The notes under the pieces are model-generated. The model had not been told where the DNA came from. It ran no database searches and worked only from the letters and a program-made list of their open reading frames with translations. The position numbers and the translations under genes are program-made. A DNA stretch of 63,330 bases, filler included, from Diploschistes diacapsis (Eukaryota), in the NCBI GenBank assembly GCA_023645945.1. It is 26 parts of 26 records of this genome, joined end to end, with 100 filler letters (N's around TTAATTAATTAA, not from the genome) between each part and the next. Parts side by side here need not be neighbours in the genome. Positions count along the whole stretch, not along the records: positions 1 to 18,106 come from JALAIB010000424.1; positions 18,207 to 19,235 come from JALAIB010004241.1; positions 19,336 to 20,364 come from JALAIB010004242.1; positions 20,465 to 21,492 come from JALAIB010004243.1; positions 21,593 to 22,620 come from JALAIB010004244.1; positions 22,721 to 23,748 come from JALAIB010004245.1; positions 23,849 to 24,876 come from JALAIB010004246.1; positions 24,977 to 26,004 come from JALAIB010004247.1; 18 more parts are not named here. One strand, given 5' to 3'. Shown one piece after another: positions 13,501 through 26,526 of the stretch; the first letter of the stretch is position 1, and every line of letters starts with the position of its first letter.

Positions 13501-15292
13501 ACTTTCCATCTACCAACCTCCCGATTTATCCGCTTTGCTTCCAGCGCTCAGGAACGCGAGGTTTTTCAGAGTCATCAAATCGATCTACAAGTCCGAGAAG
13601 CAATATGCGGCTTGTTTGCGTACCTGCTTCGATGACGAGGAAAATCCAGATGATACTTTCGATTGCATAGAAGAATGTTTCAACCCACAGTCTGGTCTCG
13701 GAGCAGACCAGATCGAGTCTGTAAGGCAAGTTATTGCTGAGAATATCACTAAGCTCCTGTATACGGATCTACGGAGGGTGGCCCATGTTCTTAACAAAAA
13801 TATGCTGGACTTACATTCAGTTGTAATTGAAAATCTGAAATCGGACGAACATTCTCAATACTTGTACCTTCGGGAGATCCTGGAAGGACATGACGAGGAG
13901 ACAGTGGCCACGACCATACAAACTCTACAACAAGAGTTCGTCGAGCTTTACATAAGGCGGCTCTGCGACTACGATCCACACCATGTCACCGAATACATTG
14001 ACCATCTCGATTCAGGGCATCTTCGGCTGGAAGAGGTTCTTCCAGCAATGGAGAATAGTGGAGTTATTGACGCTGCCGTGACTCTTCTGGCTCGTGAGGG
14101 CAGGGTAAGAGATGCCATGGACCGCCTCTTGCAGCATCTCAAATACCTCGAAGTAGCTCTTCTTAGCGTATTAGAGGGAGCGCACTTTGCCCCTGACGGT
14201 GCCAATGTTGCAGTTAATGCGGAGGATATGGTGCAATCGATAGAACAATATAGCAAAATTGGAATATGGCTCTGCCAAAATCAGACGCGTGCCCAAGCCA
14301 GAGCCATTTCACAGAAAGCCACGGTGGCGAAAAGACTGAATCGCCGGACTACACAATCCCCAGAAGTTGAACTCTTGGGTCACGAAGTCATGTGGTTGGA
14401 CCTTGTTGATTCCATTGTATGGATTGGTCGTGCCTCAGCGGATAGCATCGAGCGTCCTTCTGGCGACAATCAAACGGCGGAGGATAATGCAGAAGGAGAT
14501 GGGAGGCTGCACAATATGACGTTCGTCTTGAGACGCCTACGAACCGCCATTCAAGACTCTTTCACTGCTCTACTAGCAGCTACCAGCATTCACGCTTCGG
14601 CCGGCGAAACTGACTCGAATCCTGCCTTTCTTCGAATCTTGCGAGCATTCTTGGGTCGAATATCTGACTCGTCGCATTCAGTCGCGCAGTTGCGAAGCGT
14701 TTTGGGTGCCGTATTTTCTGCATACGCTTATGAAGAGAATCTGCTTTCTTTGGCCAATCGGCTCTTGGAGAAGGACCTGTTCGCTCGCTTCGATGAGGCA
14801 TCGGAACGGAGAAGGCACGGCTGGAGGCCCTCGGGACAAACATGCAGTAGTTGCGGCCTCCGAGTATGGGGGCCAGGGCTTGGCGCTGGCGCATGGGAGG
14901 CCTGGTATGAGAAACAAAGCTCACGACATTTGAACGTACTCCAAGAGGCAAATTCAACAGAATCAAGCTCACCAGACAACGGTAAAGGCAAGGCCAAGGC
15001 GGGCGACAATGCGGATCGGAGCCTTCAATTGAAGAATGAGCAACAGCATCTGAGCAGTACTGATGTTGGCCCATACGAAGCCACACAAGATTCTCTTATC
15101 ATCTTTTCTTGCCGGCACTCCTATCACAGAAGGTGTCTGGAACGCATTTTCGCAAAGACTGGCAGGGAGACGCGCTCGATGAATGATATAACGGAAGGCT
15201 TTCCAAACTCAATGTTGACGGATCTTAAGGCTCATGGGTGTCCACTAGAGCAGTCCTCGGTAACTACGAACTTTGCTGTTCAAGACAACTGA
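10509..15292 (+). CDS. VPS8: CORVET subunit Vps8 (beta-propeller, alpha-solenoid, C-terminal RING-like Cys/His)
   Basis: Exon 1 10509-10811, intron 10812-10855, then LRPFDRRF, GRPTCIAV..IAIGTSKG, SNWADRLLALME and CSSC..CRHSYHRRC motifs typical of fungal Vps8. Confidence 0.92.
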
Positions 15293-16855
15293 TGTCATTT
15301 GGTCACTATACAGGACGCAGCTTTCTCCAGCGTGTTCGTTGGGGACTACTAAGCGATTTTCTGGTTTTGCTAATCCTCAGAGCAGGCTGGAGTCTTTATA
15401 CAATAACTATATGAGGGCTTTACAATTAACTAGCGGGGGTTACCATATCTAGCCATGGACATTGCTCGATGTCTATGCTTACTACGTTCCGACAATGTCA
15501 GAACTGCTCGCAGGCCTTGCACTTGGATGTTGCAGCTACTGCAGCAGGCTGCAGCACGGCAGCCAAACTGCTCACAGTCTTAAGTATCGTTGAGAGACAT
15601 GGATTGGGTTGGCGAGGAATAAGCAAGCGTTCAAGCGTTGGAGGTACGTTCGAACCGAGGGACCGTTAGCGATGATGCCTGAAAGTTATAAGTTTGGAGA
15701 TTTCAAGCTGCCTTTCTCAACACAATGTCCGGATTCGTTCTAAGGAGGCTAAGGCAGCGATTTGCTTACACATAGCCAATCGTCCTCCCATTGTCCGTCA
15801 CACCTCTTCGCCTTCCCCATCTGGCCGAAAAGCTAAGCGAGCCGCGAAACCAGAGAGCATCCTCTTCCTGTGACATGGTTACATGCAGCACATGCATAGG
15901 TTCCGCAATCCGAGCGGTCCTACCAGGATTTCCCATCCTCCGCAGATTAGTACACAGACTTAGCACAAGCGACATTCTTTTTTTCTTCGTCGTGAGCACC
16001 ATTTCAGGTACCAACATTAGTTTCATGTCGGACATGCTAGCGTAGCATGTGAGGCACTGGACACAAGTCGTCTGATGAACAATGGTAACTAGAAAGTCAA
16101 TAGGTTGGAAGGTCTCCGGACTGTGACCCTTCTCGGCCAATGTCGGGTTGAGGCTCGACAGAAACAGTGATATATATACCCGTTCTTAAAACGATCCCAT
16201 GGGGGATTCTAAATCAAACATCCAAGCTGCAAACTGCCCATGCTTCTGTTCCAATGCAGAGTAACTCGTATGCGTATGCGTATGCACGCCTTGGCCCACT
16301 ACGGTGGCGGCTGAATCAAGCTGCTTGAGCCACAAGCTACGTGTGGATGGAGCAAATCAAACTTAATAAAGCTCAGTGCAATTACACATACACGAGACTT
16401 GGCTAGTCGATTCGTCGGTGGAGCAATTAGCAAAATGCAGTTCACAGTTCCCTAGTCCACGGCCTCAGAATGACAGGTCGAGATTTGGAAATCCTCGTTC
16501 ACTCTTGGTTCAGAGCTTGGAAGGGAAATTACTCATGTTATTCTTTACTACCTCCCAAAACCAGCATGCTTGGGTCTGTGGTGAAATTGGGTCTGTGGTG
16601 AAACTGATAATCCCAGCAAAGCTCCAGGCCAGTAAATGGCGGAGAGGGGGGGTGGTGAGGTGAGGGGGGCCAAGGCATTGGCCAGACAGATAGATACATA
16701 CATGTAATGTAGTTGATTGAGCGTGGGGCCGCACGTCGGAGATGAAAGGTAAAAGGTTACAAAGCACGGATGACGGAATGACGGAATGACGATCTCTGCA
16801 CCCCAGCCAGCCCTAAGTCCAAGCTTGCATATACGTTATTAGGCTGTACGTGTTA

Positions 16856-17713
16856 TGTTGAAAGTAGAAGTGGAATCACTAAATAGGCAACAAGATTAAT
16901 AAAAATAAATGCTAAATTGCTTACAAATAATAATCAGATATTATTATTATAAGAGATAATGAATGAAGTAACGTTAATAAAGAAAGAAAAGAAGAGATGT
17001 TTTATAAACACATTTTGTTAAAATATGGAAGTGGGCACCTAAATAGGCAATCAAGACTTGAAAAATTAACGTTGAATAGCTTGCGTACAATAATAAAGTA
17101 TTATTATGATGGGAGGTGTTGAGCAGACAGGCAGAAGGCATGGCTGGGAGTACGACTGAGTTCCAGAGGGAGGTTCAGTTCAGCTGAACCTTTTAAAATC
17201 CCAACTAGACCGATTTAAAAATAATTTAAATAATAAGACTTAGCGTATTTTATAAGGATAAAAGTCTATAAAATAAAATAACCTTGAAACGCCAGCGCAG
17301 GAAAGGATGCTATACTACCGGGGGCTGGGCCTGATCCGGAAGGATTACGTGTAACTGGCATCTGTAGGTAAAAGGTTTCGATTCGAAAAGCTAGAGAAGA
17401 AACTATTTAAGTAAGAGGGTGACATAAATAAATGATAGTGTAGGTGCCAGCCCTATCAGGGTTCGGGTATAACCCGCCTTTTAATATCCTTGGTACGGCT
17501 GGCAGCGGTTATTCCCGGTAGGACCCGTTATATGACCCTACCGTGGTCATGTGACTTTGTTATGGCTTGGCGGGTATCTAGGCTGATTTATTTTATTATT
17601 TTTTTAAATGCTTATGTTTTTTATAAGCGTTATGTTCTTTTTAGGTAATTTATATTTTTATTTTTCCTTTTCGCTGTATTTACTTGAAAAGATACCCGTT
17701 ATTTTTTCGTAGT
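16856..17713 (+). mobile_element. Nested LTR fragments: family B (16856, 17017), Copia family A (17117), putative LTR family D (17285)
   Basis: Successive TG-starting termini, each matching other copies in the window (53772, 58290, 19718, 57323). Confidence 0.65.
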
Positions 17714-18106
17714 TGTTTGGCAACGTAATGGATGTATTGAAGTCTAGAGGTCTTGTATAGGAGGTTATCCTACTTTACAGACTTTTATCCTCGTGGGATA
17801 CGTTAAGTCCTATTATTTATACTATTCCTTAATCGGTTTAGTTGGAATTCTAGAAAATTTAATAGAATTAAATCTCGAAGTTCAGCCGAACTGAATTTTT
17901 CTTTAGAATTCAGTCGAATTCTTAGCCATATCTTCTATTTATCTGTTCAATATCTTTCTATAAACGGAACCGTCCGATATATTTATATAATTTAATTAAA
18001 TATTTTTTAAATTAAACCGAGTCTTTTATTAAAGGCTTCGTGCTTCGAGTAATTTAATGGTTTCGTAAACTCATTAATAATCATTTTATCGATAAAGATA
18101 TAAAAC
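17714..18106 (-). mobile_element. Copia 3' LTR (17714-17952) with RIPed RNaseH end
   Basis: Minus strand reads IDKMIINEFTKPLNYSKHEAF, a degenerate ADGLTKPL motif, upstream of a family A LTR. Confidence 0.75.
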
Positions 18107-18206
18107 NNNNNNNNNNNNNNNNNNNNNNNNNNNNNNNNNNNNNNNNNNNNTTAATTAATTAANNNNNNNNNNNNNNNNNNNNNNNNNNNNNNNNNNNNNN
18201 NNNNNN
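18107..18206. other. Artificial contig linker N44-TTAATTAATTAA-N44 (first of 25; last at 62208-62307)
   Basis: Identical 100-nt spacer with stops in all six frames; flanking contig lengths fall steadily from 1029 to 1023. Confidence 0.98.
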
Positions 18207-18638
18207 GGATATCGTAATTAAAATTTTTTAAATACGGATATTAATACGGATATTATATTTCCGTGAATTCACGGATACGGATACTATAATTAAAAAATTT
18301 AAAATATTGATATTAATACGGACACTACACTTCCGTGAATCCACGGACACGGATACCGCAGTTAAAAAATCTAAAACACGGACACTAACACTGTCAGTGT
18401 CCGTGTTACTGACACGGCCGTGTCAGTGTCAGTGACGGCTAGCCTAGCTTATATAATAATTCTTATAACGTGTTTTGAATTTTTATTGGGATTTTTATAT
18501 TGATACCGTCGAAAACGGAAAGATCGTTTATATTACGGGTTTTATACGTAACCGCGTATTTATATAAATCGAGTTATATTTATATACGTATCTTTTTAAA
18601 TAATAAAATAACTTAAGAATATTCGTTAATTATAAAAA

Positions 18639-19108
18639 TGTTACGATCCGGGTACTAGCTGGTAGTCACCCGGCACGTCACAGCTAACCGGGGCGTTCCC
18701 CGTTGATCCCTTTGTATATAGACCAACCACGGACCTGGGGTCATGTGACTGACAGACTTCTGTGGGCAGACATCTGTCGGGGACAGATCTGTTAGGACAA
18801 GATATCTGTTAGTGATAGATCTGTCACGACAGCTCTGTTGTCGGTGACTGGCTGTCGCTCTGTGCTATATAGGAACGTCGCTATGGCCTTCGTGGGTTAA
18901 GGACGTGTTCACTTTTATAAATATCTTGAGTTATTGTTCGAGATCAATCTATATTCGTTATTTCTATCACCTTAGAGCCTTCTTTCTAGAGATAGTCTAA
19001 GACTTATGACTGTTCTGTCTTCTTCTCCTGCCACACTCCTCTTCTAACAGAGACCAAACCCACCTTGATCCTACTCATGTATATCTTGTATAGATAGAGA
19101 TCATAACA
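18639..19108 (+). mobile_element. Solo LTR, family C (470 bp), with 5-bp TSD
   Basis: TGTTACGATC...GATCATAACA termini; AAAAA on both sides; related pieces at 19898-20345, 47836-47959, 52392, 53311-53708, ~55600-56051 and ~61330-61437. Confidence 0.85.
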
Positions 19109-19897
19109 AAAAACTTTATAAAATAAATTCGATTAACTTTTAATATTATTAACGACAAAAAATACGTTATACGGGTTATTAAAACCGTATATTAAAAAAA
19201 ACTAATTTTAAAAATATTTTAAAAAATTAAATAAANNNNNNNNNNNNNNNNNNNNNNNNNNNNNNNNNNNNNNNNNNNNTTAATTAATTAANNNNNNNNN
19301 NNNNNNNNNNNNNNNNNNNNNNNNNNNNNNNNNNNGGATGTATGAATTAATTATATATTAATTTAACTTTTTAATGGCAAATGCGATATCTAATCTCGTA
19401 TAAATCGTTAAATATATGATACTATTAATAATCTTTTAATATTATATTTTATTAATTATTTCGGAGGATTCCTTGCCTGATTTAATACCGTCGTATTTAT
19501 TGAGCGGTATTTTTTAATTTTTATATGTATTCGTTATTATTTTAAAACGTTAGAGCATCTTCTCGACGTATATTTCTTGATTTAGGGTCAATTTAGCTAA
19601 ACTAACTGAACCTAAACCTAAACTGCGCTATCGTTGAACTCTTATGTCTAAGAGCTTTTTTATTTCTCCCAGGTTCTTGACCTTATAGCGTTCAGTTAGT
19701 GCTTTTTTAAATTAGTTGAAACGCCAGCGCAGGAATGGGATACTACACTACCGGGGGCTGGGCCTGATCCGGTGAGATTACGTGTAGCTGGGCATCTGTA
19801 GGTAAAAGGTCTCGATTCGAAAAGCTAGAAAAGAAACTATCTAAATAGGAGGATGGTAGGAATAAATAGTGTGTGGGTACCAGCCCTATAGGGTTCG

Positions 19898-20345
19898 TGT
19901 TATGATCTCTATCTCTACAACGTAGACACGAGGTATTGATCAAGGTAGGTTTGGTCTCGTATAGGAGAGGAATGTAGGTAGGAAGAAGAAGAAGATCAAG
20001 TACGAGTTTATATTGATCTCTGGAAGTATGTTAAGTAATAAAAGGTATTAATATCGCATTGATTTATCTATCAGGATAATATAAAATCTGAACACGCCCG
20101 TCCTCATAAAGATCATGGCGATGTTCTTATATAACCTAAAATGACAATCAATCGCCGACAACAAAGCTATCGCGATAGCGCTGTTATTAATAAAGGTTTA
20201 TTACCGATAAATCTATCCCCGATAAATATCTGTTAACAGCCATTTATCAGTCATATGACTAATTATATACAACGATAAATCGGGTAATACCCTTTAATAC
20301 TATAACGTTACTAAATAATTACGCCCAGTTACTTGGATCGTAACA
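19898..20345 (-). mobile_element. Solo LTR family C inserted into a family D LTR (starts 19718)
   Basis: TGTTATGATC..GATCGTAACA; left flank continues the 17285-type sequence up to gggttcg; no TSD (GTTCG vs CTATT). Confidence 0.75.
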
Positions 20346-22356
20346 CTATTTCTTTTCTTTAATCNNNNNNNNNNNNNNNNNNNNNNNNNNNNNNNNNNNN
20401 NNNNNNNNTTAATTAATTAANNNNNNNNNNNNNNNNNNNNNNNNNNNNNNNNNNNNNNNNNNNNATCCTCCCCACCTCCCACTCCCTCAAGTCCGTCTTC
20501 AGCCGCAACCCCTTAATCGCGTCCGCCCACCGCCCACGCATCCCCTTCCATCGTCCCGGCTCTGCGACTCCCTCCGCCCATTTCCTTCCAGGGAAAGGGC
20601 GGATGCGGGCTATCCGCGCGACGGCATTCCTTAACCGCATCGCCATTCTTTTCTCCGGCACTCTGCCCGCCCCCCGCCACATGCTTTCCCACCAACTTGT
20701 TCCGCCCGCAACCGCAACCACCCCAGCAAGCGTAACGCAGCGCGTAGCCGCGTGCGACAATCCCATACGGACTCCCCAAGCGCATACCCCAAGCTATGGC
20801 TCTCGGCCCGACCGGGCGCGGCGCCCTCCCCCTCTAATATTTCAAGCCCCGTAGGCCACGGGTTCTGTCGCGCCGCGAGCTGCAGCCGCCGTCGCGACCT
20901 CTTTGTCCCCCCGGGGCTCGGCTTTTCTGCTGCGACAGGGGGGTTGGGTTCGAATAGCTGCCGGGGCCGCGTCCGGCAGGAGCGGCTTCGCGGGGGCTTC
21001 CCGGACGTGGTTCGGGGTTGTACATGAGCTCGACGGGCGTGTGCGGGATGCAGAGGTCGGCGTCGTGGATGACCGCCCCCTGGGAGCGAGCTGGGGTGCT
21101 TGGGCGGGGGGTTGTGGTGCCGTGCGCGCCGGGGGCGCCGGGCGAGGAAGGTGGTTTTTCCGCCGCGGAGAGGTTGTACCTTTGGGATTGAGAATGGTTT
21201 ATAGTGGTATGGAGGGGTTTTGACGGATTGAATCTGACGGAAACAAGGAAACAGCGGTGAAGCCAGAGATCAAGAATTGCAGGAAAAAAGGGTTGGTTAT
21301 TAGGATGACGTTATTCAAGGAGTAACTAACACAAAGCCTCATGTGAGGAAGAGACCTTCCAATCTTAACTTCGCGAACCGCTACATCTTCGGCGTCAATG
21401 TTCTATGGTGCCATAGGGTCCTTATCCAGCCATCTGGAGATAGAGGACGAGGAAGTTTGTGGAAAGTTGACATGTGGGGGGGGGGGGGGGGGNNNNNNNN
21501 NNNNNNNNNNNNNNNNNNNNNNNNNNNNNNNNNNNNTTAATTAATTAANNNNNNNNNNNNNNNNNNNNNNNNNNNNNNNNNNNNNNNNNNNNTAAAAACA
21601 CGAACACGGATACAGTAATAACAATTTTCTCGACACGAATACTAACACGGATATTATAATTTATGATAATATTATCGAAACACCGTAGTGTAATTTTTTA
21701 AAAAAGATAAAAGCGTAAGAAATTATCGTAATAATTTTAAAATTATTAAAATTAAAAAATTTATTTAAAAATGTTTCGATAAATACACGAATACGGACAT
21801 TAACACGGACATTATATTATAATAAAAGCACGGATACGGATAACGTAATAAAATTTTCTCGGCACGGATTGACACGAATATTGTATTATAAGAAAAGCAC
21901 GGACACGAACACCGCAGCTAAAAAATCTAAAATACTGACACTAACACTGCGGTTTCCGTGTCACGGACACCGGCAGTGTCAGTGTCAGTGACGGCCAGCC
22001 TATAATCATCTAATACGTATTATTTCAGCGAACAGCGAAATCTTTTTGAATTATCGAGAATTATTCCACGATCATGTTTCGTTGTAACGCCAGAAAACGT
22101 TCGGAACGTGTAACCGAAGAATTAATCATACTTATAAGAATACGAATCTATTATAATTAATATATATTCGTAAGAATTAAACGTGAGAATTTAAAACTTG
22201 CCTTGGCGATTGTATTTATAAAGTTTATTATTACCGAGATTTTTGCGATACGCGAGCTATTATTAAACTCGTTCTCGTCGTTGGCCAGGGCTTGGATATC
22301 TAGCTTATTACAAAAAGCTTTAACTGCGAATTAAAAAATATACGCAAGATAAAGTA

Positions 22357-22620
22357 ACGTATATGCATAGCGAGCGGACACTTATAGCGAGCAGACACCC
22401 TTCTCGATTCGTACGAGTTGCAATTACATTTGCGCAATCAGTTCTTACGATAAGTTATTATATTGATTATTAATATTTTCTTTAGAAGCTATAGATTCTA
22501 TTTCGTAAGTTCGCGTATTATATCTAAACTAATTACACTTCTTATAACGTCGTACGCGTAATCCGATCTCCTTCGTACGATCCTTATTTTTAGATATATC
22601 AGCCTTTTTTATACGAATTT
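22357..22620 (+). mobile_element. pogo/Fot1-type DNA transposon end (family 2)
   Basis: TA|ACGT terminus with duplicated tagcgagc(g/a)gacac subterminal motif; inverted copy ending at 53210. Confidence 0.6.
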
Positions 22621-23330
22621 NNNNNNNNNNNNNNNNNNNNNNNNNNNNNNNNNNNNNNNNNNNNTTAATTAATTAANNNNNNNNNNNNNNNNNNNNNNNN
22701 NNNNNNNNNNNNNNNNNNNNGCGAGCTATTTATTATATTTTAAACCGTAATTCTTAAGAAAGAAGAAAAATTATAATTATAAAGGTTAATATTATAATAT
22801 AATAATAAGATAGAACAGTGATTATTCGGTGGCTAAATCTTTGTTAGCGATAGATATATTAATAAAATAATTTCTAAAGAATTATTTCTGTCTGCGAAAA
22901 CTCTACTCTTATATAAGAACACGCTAGCGGGCCTTGGTATATGCTTGACATACCCCCTAATAGCCCTTATGGGGTTCTGCGTATTACAGGCGAGCTCTTG
23001 GTAGTAAATGGCTTTCTCCTGATTATTCTGGATATAGCCTCCTGACTGCTCTTCCGAAGGTGTCCCGGCTTCATCATTCTCGTCTATCCCAGTGTTGTAT
23101 ATCCGGACAGATCTTCTACTAGTGCCGTAAATACCTATATTAGTATTATAAATACCTCGGTTGTTATTATTATAATTATTATAACTTCCGTAGCTATTAT
23201 TTAATTATACAACGTTTAGCGCGGTTATGCTGAATTATTGTCGTTTATCGGGCAAGATCTTTACGGATACCTCTATAATTAATAATTATGATATTAAACT
23301 CTAGTTAATTCTATTCTAAAAGCTTTAAAA

Positions 23331-23748
23331 CATCACGAAAAGTTTTCCAAGCAAAAAAAAATTTCTGGCGAGAAGTGCCTGTTTCGCGGGTTTCGCCCAT
23401 TTCGCCAGCTTTCGCCAAAACGTTTGGCGAAACATGGCGAAACTGGCGAAACTGGCGAAACCTGGCGAAACTGGCGAAACCTGGCGAAACTGGCGAAACC
23501 GGCGAAACCGGCGAAGATGGCGAGGCCAATCATTTTTATTATGTAATCAGAAAATAAAAAAGCATTTTTTTAATATTTTTAAAAAAAAAAATTTCGAAAA
23601 AAATATTAAAAAATCCGCTAATTTAGCGCCGGATAACTAACGTTTAAAACTCACTAAAGTTCTCACGCCACGAATATCCACGCTTACGTATTATAAAATA
23701 CGCCATTCTTAATATTTTCGCGACAAAATATAATACCTGTTAAACCCC
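23331..23748 (+). mobile_element. Terminus of an unclassified repeat with a GGCGAAA subterminal array
   Basis: Sharp end CATCACGAAAAGTTTT followed by an inverted/tandem (c/t)GGCGAAAC array; same end at 50248(-), 53767(-) and 58726(+). Confidence 0.65.
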
Positions 23749-24099
23749 NNNNNNNNNNNNNNNNNNNNNNNNNNNNNNNNNNNNNNNNNNNNTTAATTAA
23801 TTAANNNNNNNNNNNNNNNNNNNNNNNNNNNNNNNNNNNNNNNNNNNNACTACCTCGCATAATAATAATTCGATTTTAATAAAATTTAATATTAACGACT
23901 GTTTATAGACCCTAAAATTATAAAAATATATTAACATTCGAGAAATTATCCGCGTATTTAAAGTATTTCGATTAATCATTATAGATCGATTCGATAAAAT
24001 TCAATCTCGCTTTAATAACCACGAAACGATTTAAATCCTTTTAAATTCGGAAGAAAAGATATTAATACGATAGATTACACGTTTTATATAAACTGGCTT

Positions 24100-24640
24100 T
24101 CCTATATCGCCTGCGTTAATAATAAAAATAGCTAAAAAAATTTAACGCGAACGTATTCGATTCGGTTCGAATTTAGAAGTTATAATCGCGAATTTTTAAC
24201 TTATCGATAAAAATTAGGTATCGCGATTTCGCAAACGATTTCTTAAAATTATTAATATCTGGACGAGATAGATCGAGTCGAATAAATTTAATACGATAAG
24301 TTACGAGGTTATATAACGGTGGTTCGATATAATAATAGTTTAATACAATAAAGAACAATACGCGCCCGAATATATCTATAATATAAACGAGTTAGGTTTT
24401 AGTATTAATAATAGTTCTTTTTTTAAAGCTTTCGTTTCGAGTCGAAGAAACTCGAATTAAAAAATTATTAAAGGAAAACAAGAGTGGGTAACTACGATCG
24501 AATATATTTTAATTATTAACGGGGTATTACCGTCTATAATTATTTTTAAAGTATTATATATTAATATTAATTAAATTCCAGTCGAAACGCCTCGAAACTA
24601 ACTGTTTAATATTAGTAATAAAAGATGAATAATAAATGAA
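24100..24640 (+). pseudogene. RIPed pogo/Fot1 DDE transposase fragment
   Basis: Reads YAPEYIYNINELGF and KGKQEWVTTIEYI..LPSIIIFK, degenerate forms of IYNMDETGF and REWVTxIECI..PPxIIFKG; homologous pieces at 49757-49832, 59290-59490(-) and 60510-60600. Confidence 0.8.
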
Positions 24641-25116
24641 TTAGGCTGGCCGTTGCGTGCCACGGTCACTGACACGGTCACTACCGCGAAAATTTTCTCG
24701 GCACGGACACTTCCACGGACACTGCATTGCAGTAAAAGCACGGACACGGATATTACGGCTAAAAATTTTAAAACATGGATATTTTTACGGACACTGCACT
24801 GTAGTGAAAGTACGGACACGGACACTACGGCTAAAAATTTTAAAACACGGATACTTTTACGGACATTATATTATAANNNNNNNNNNNNNNNNNNNNNNNN
24901 NNNNNNNNNNNNNNNNNNNNTTAATTAATTAANNNNNNNNNNNNNNNNNNNNNNNNNNNNNNNNNNNNNNNNNNNNAGATTAATCATAAAAAGGTTTTTA
25001 TAGAGATAGGATATCGATTTCGATAAGACATTTGTTTTTTATTATTCGAATCGATTCGTTACGGATTTTATTGGCGATTATAATAATTAAAGATCTAGAA
25101 TATTATTAAATAGATA

Positions 25117-26004
25117 ACGTGTTTCACGGGGATTCCGGCCACCCCCAGATTCCGGCCACCTCAAATCACTACCGCCAATATTATACGGTTTTTAGATATA
25201 ACCTGTTCGTCGCAATCAGAATCTAATCGATCTAAATCGAATCTATTCTCCTTTTTATCTTTTTCGATTTTAGAAATGCGACGACGTTTTTTACGCTTTA
25301 TAGGTCGTTTCGAAACTGTCCGACTCGATTTAACCCGAGCTACTATTTTAAGAACTTCGTCTGTATTAAATATAAAACGATTTTTTATGTAGTAGAATGG
25401 ATGTAGTAGTATTGTATTGAATGACGATAAAGATGATGATCGCTAGCCAGGTGGCCAGCGAGCGCTATATAGACATAATGGGCAGCATCGTCATAGATGC
25501 TGCTGCAGCGACGTCACCAGCGACGTCAGCTATGCCACTACATTTTAATTCGATTCGTTTATTTAATTTACGTTTTTTACGATTATTAAGAAGCGTTTTT
25601 TGCTCTCGGTTTTCTTTACGAAACGTTATAAATTTAATATGCGTCGATTTAAGTATACGGGTTATTCGACTCGAATAACGTCGAATCGAACTAATCAGTT
25701 TTAGAACGGCTCGTAACGCCTGATTAAACTTTTTATTAGCCTTTCGTAGTTCGGTCGCATTTAGTAGAGAATTATATAATAAAGATAAATTTAAATCGAA
25801 TTGATTCGAGATTGAAAAAGGATTGTAAGATGGAAGTAAAGGGGTCCGATAAGTCGAATAAAACTTATTAAACACGATTATAGGATTAATAAGCTATAAT
25901 TTAATATTTATAAAGCTTGCCTAAACGTTTCAATTCGTAATAACTCGATTCCGAATTATTAAAAATAATTCGATTTATTCCGAACGTGTTATACGCGATT
26001 TATT
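25117..26004 (-). mobile_element. pogo/Fot1 element 3' portion with TIR at 25117
   Basis: TA|ACGTGTTTCACGG..TCCGGCCAC x2 TIR, also at 58575 and ~60500(-); RIPed coiled-coil transposase C-terminus on the minus strand. Confidence 0.7.
25388..25542 (-). mobile_element. 155-bp solo LTR with 5-bp TSD, inserted in the pogo relic
   Basis: TGTAGT...ACTACA termini, TTTTA on both sides, internal TATATA; little RIP damage. Confidence 0.85.
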
Positions 26005-26526
26005 NNNNNNNNNNNNNNNNNNNNNNNNNNNNNNNNNNNNNNNNNNNNTTAATTAATTAANNNNNNNNNNNNNNNNNNNNNNNNNNNNNNNNNNNNNNNN
26101 NNNNGGATATAATTCATCGTATTAAATATCTCGATAATATTTAGCGATAATAACGTTTTTATATTTTTTCTCGATTCCGTATTTTAAACAATATAAACCT
26201 ATTTTATTAATTATTTTACCGCCGTTTCCATCAAGCGGCTTCTTCGGCCGCCCATCTGGATGCGAAACAAGAATTCTTTTTCTTCGGTTACGTCTTTTAT
26301 CTAATTTGCGAATGCTTTTTCGATTATTTTATTTATCGTTTTAAATAAGATAATCGGGCGTTATACTTTCGGTTCGTTGTATCGTTCTTTTCTCGGTTTG
26401 CGTAGAATTACTGTTCTTATCGTTCGGAATGATTTTGTAAAATAACCCGTTTTTTAATAAACGTTCGCCAGCGATACCGCGACGATATATTATTTTTTTG
26501 CTATGCAAATCATCCGTAAAATCAAG

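Noticed and set aside
15766..16180. Cys-rich short ORFs downstream of a TATATATA box between VPS8 and the LTR block
   Set aside because: No recognisable domain or consistent exon structure
18151..18162. TTAATTAATTAA recurring every ~1.13 kb as a possible regular repeat array
   Set aside because: Always embedded in N-runs; an assembly linker
20465..21492. GC-rich contig with short ORFs and a GGKTTF P-loop-like string on the minus strand
   Set aside because: No coherent reading frame or family could be established; at most an unidentifiable pseudogene
23311..24932. Short repetitive ORFs (SPVSPVSP; TDTDT-type)
   Set aside because: Translations of non-coding TE subterminal repeats
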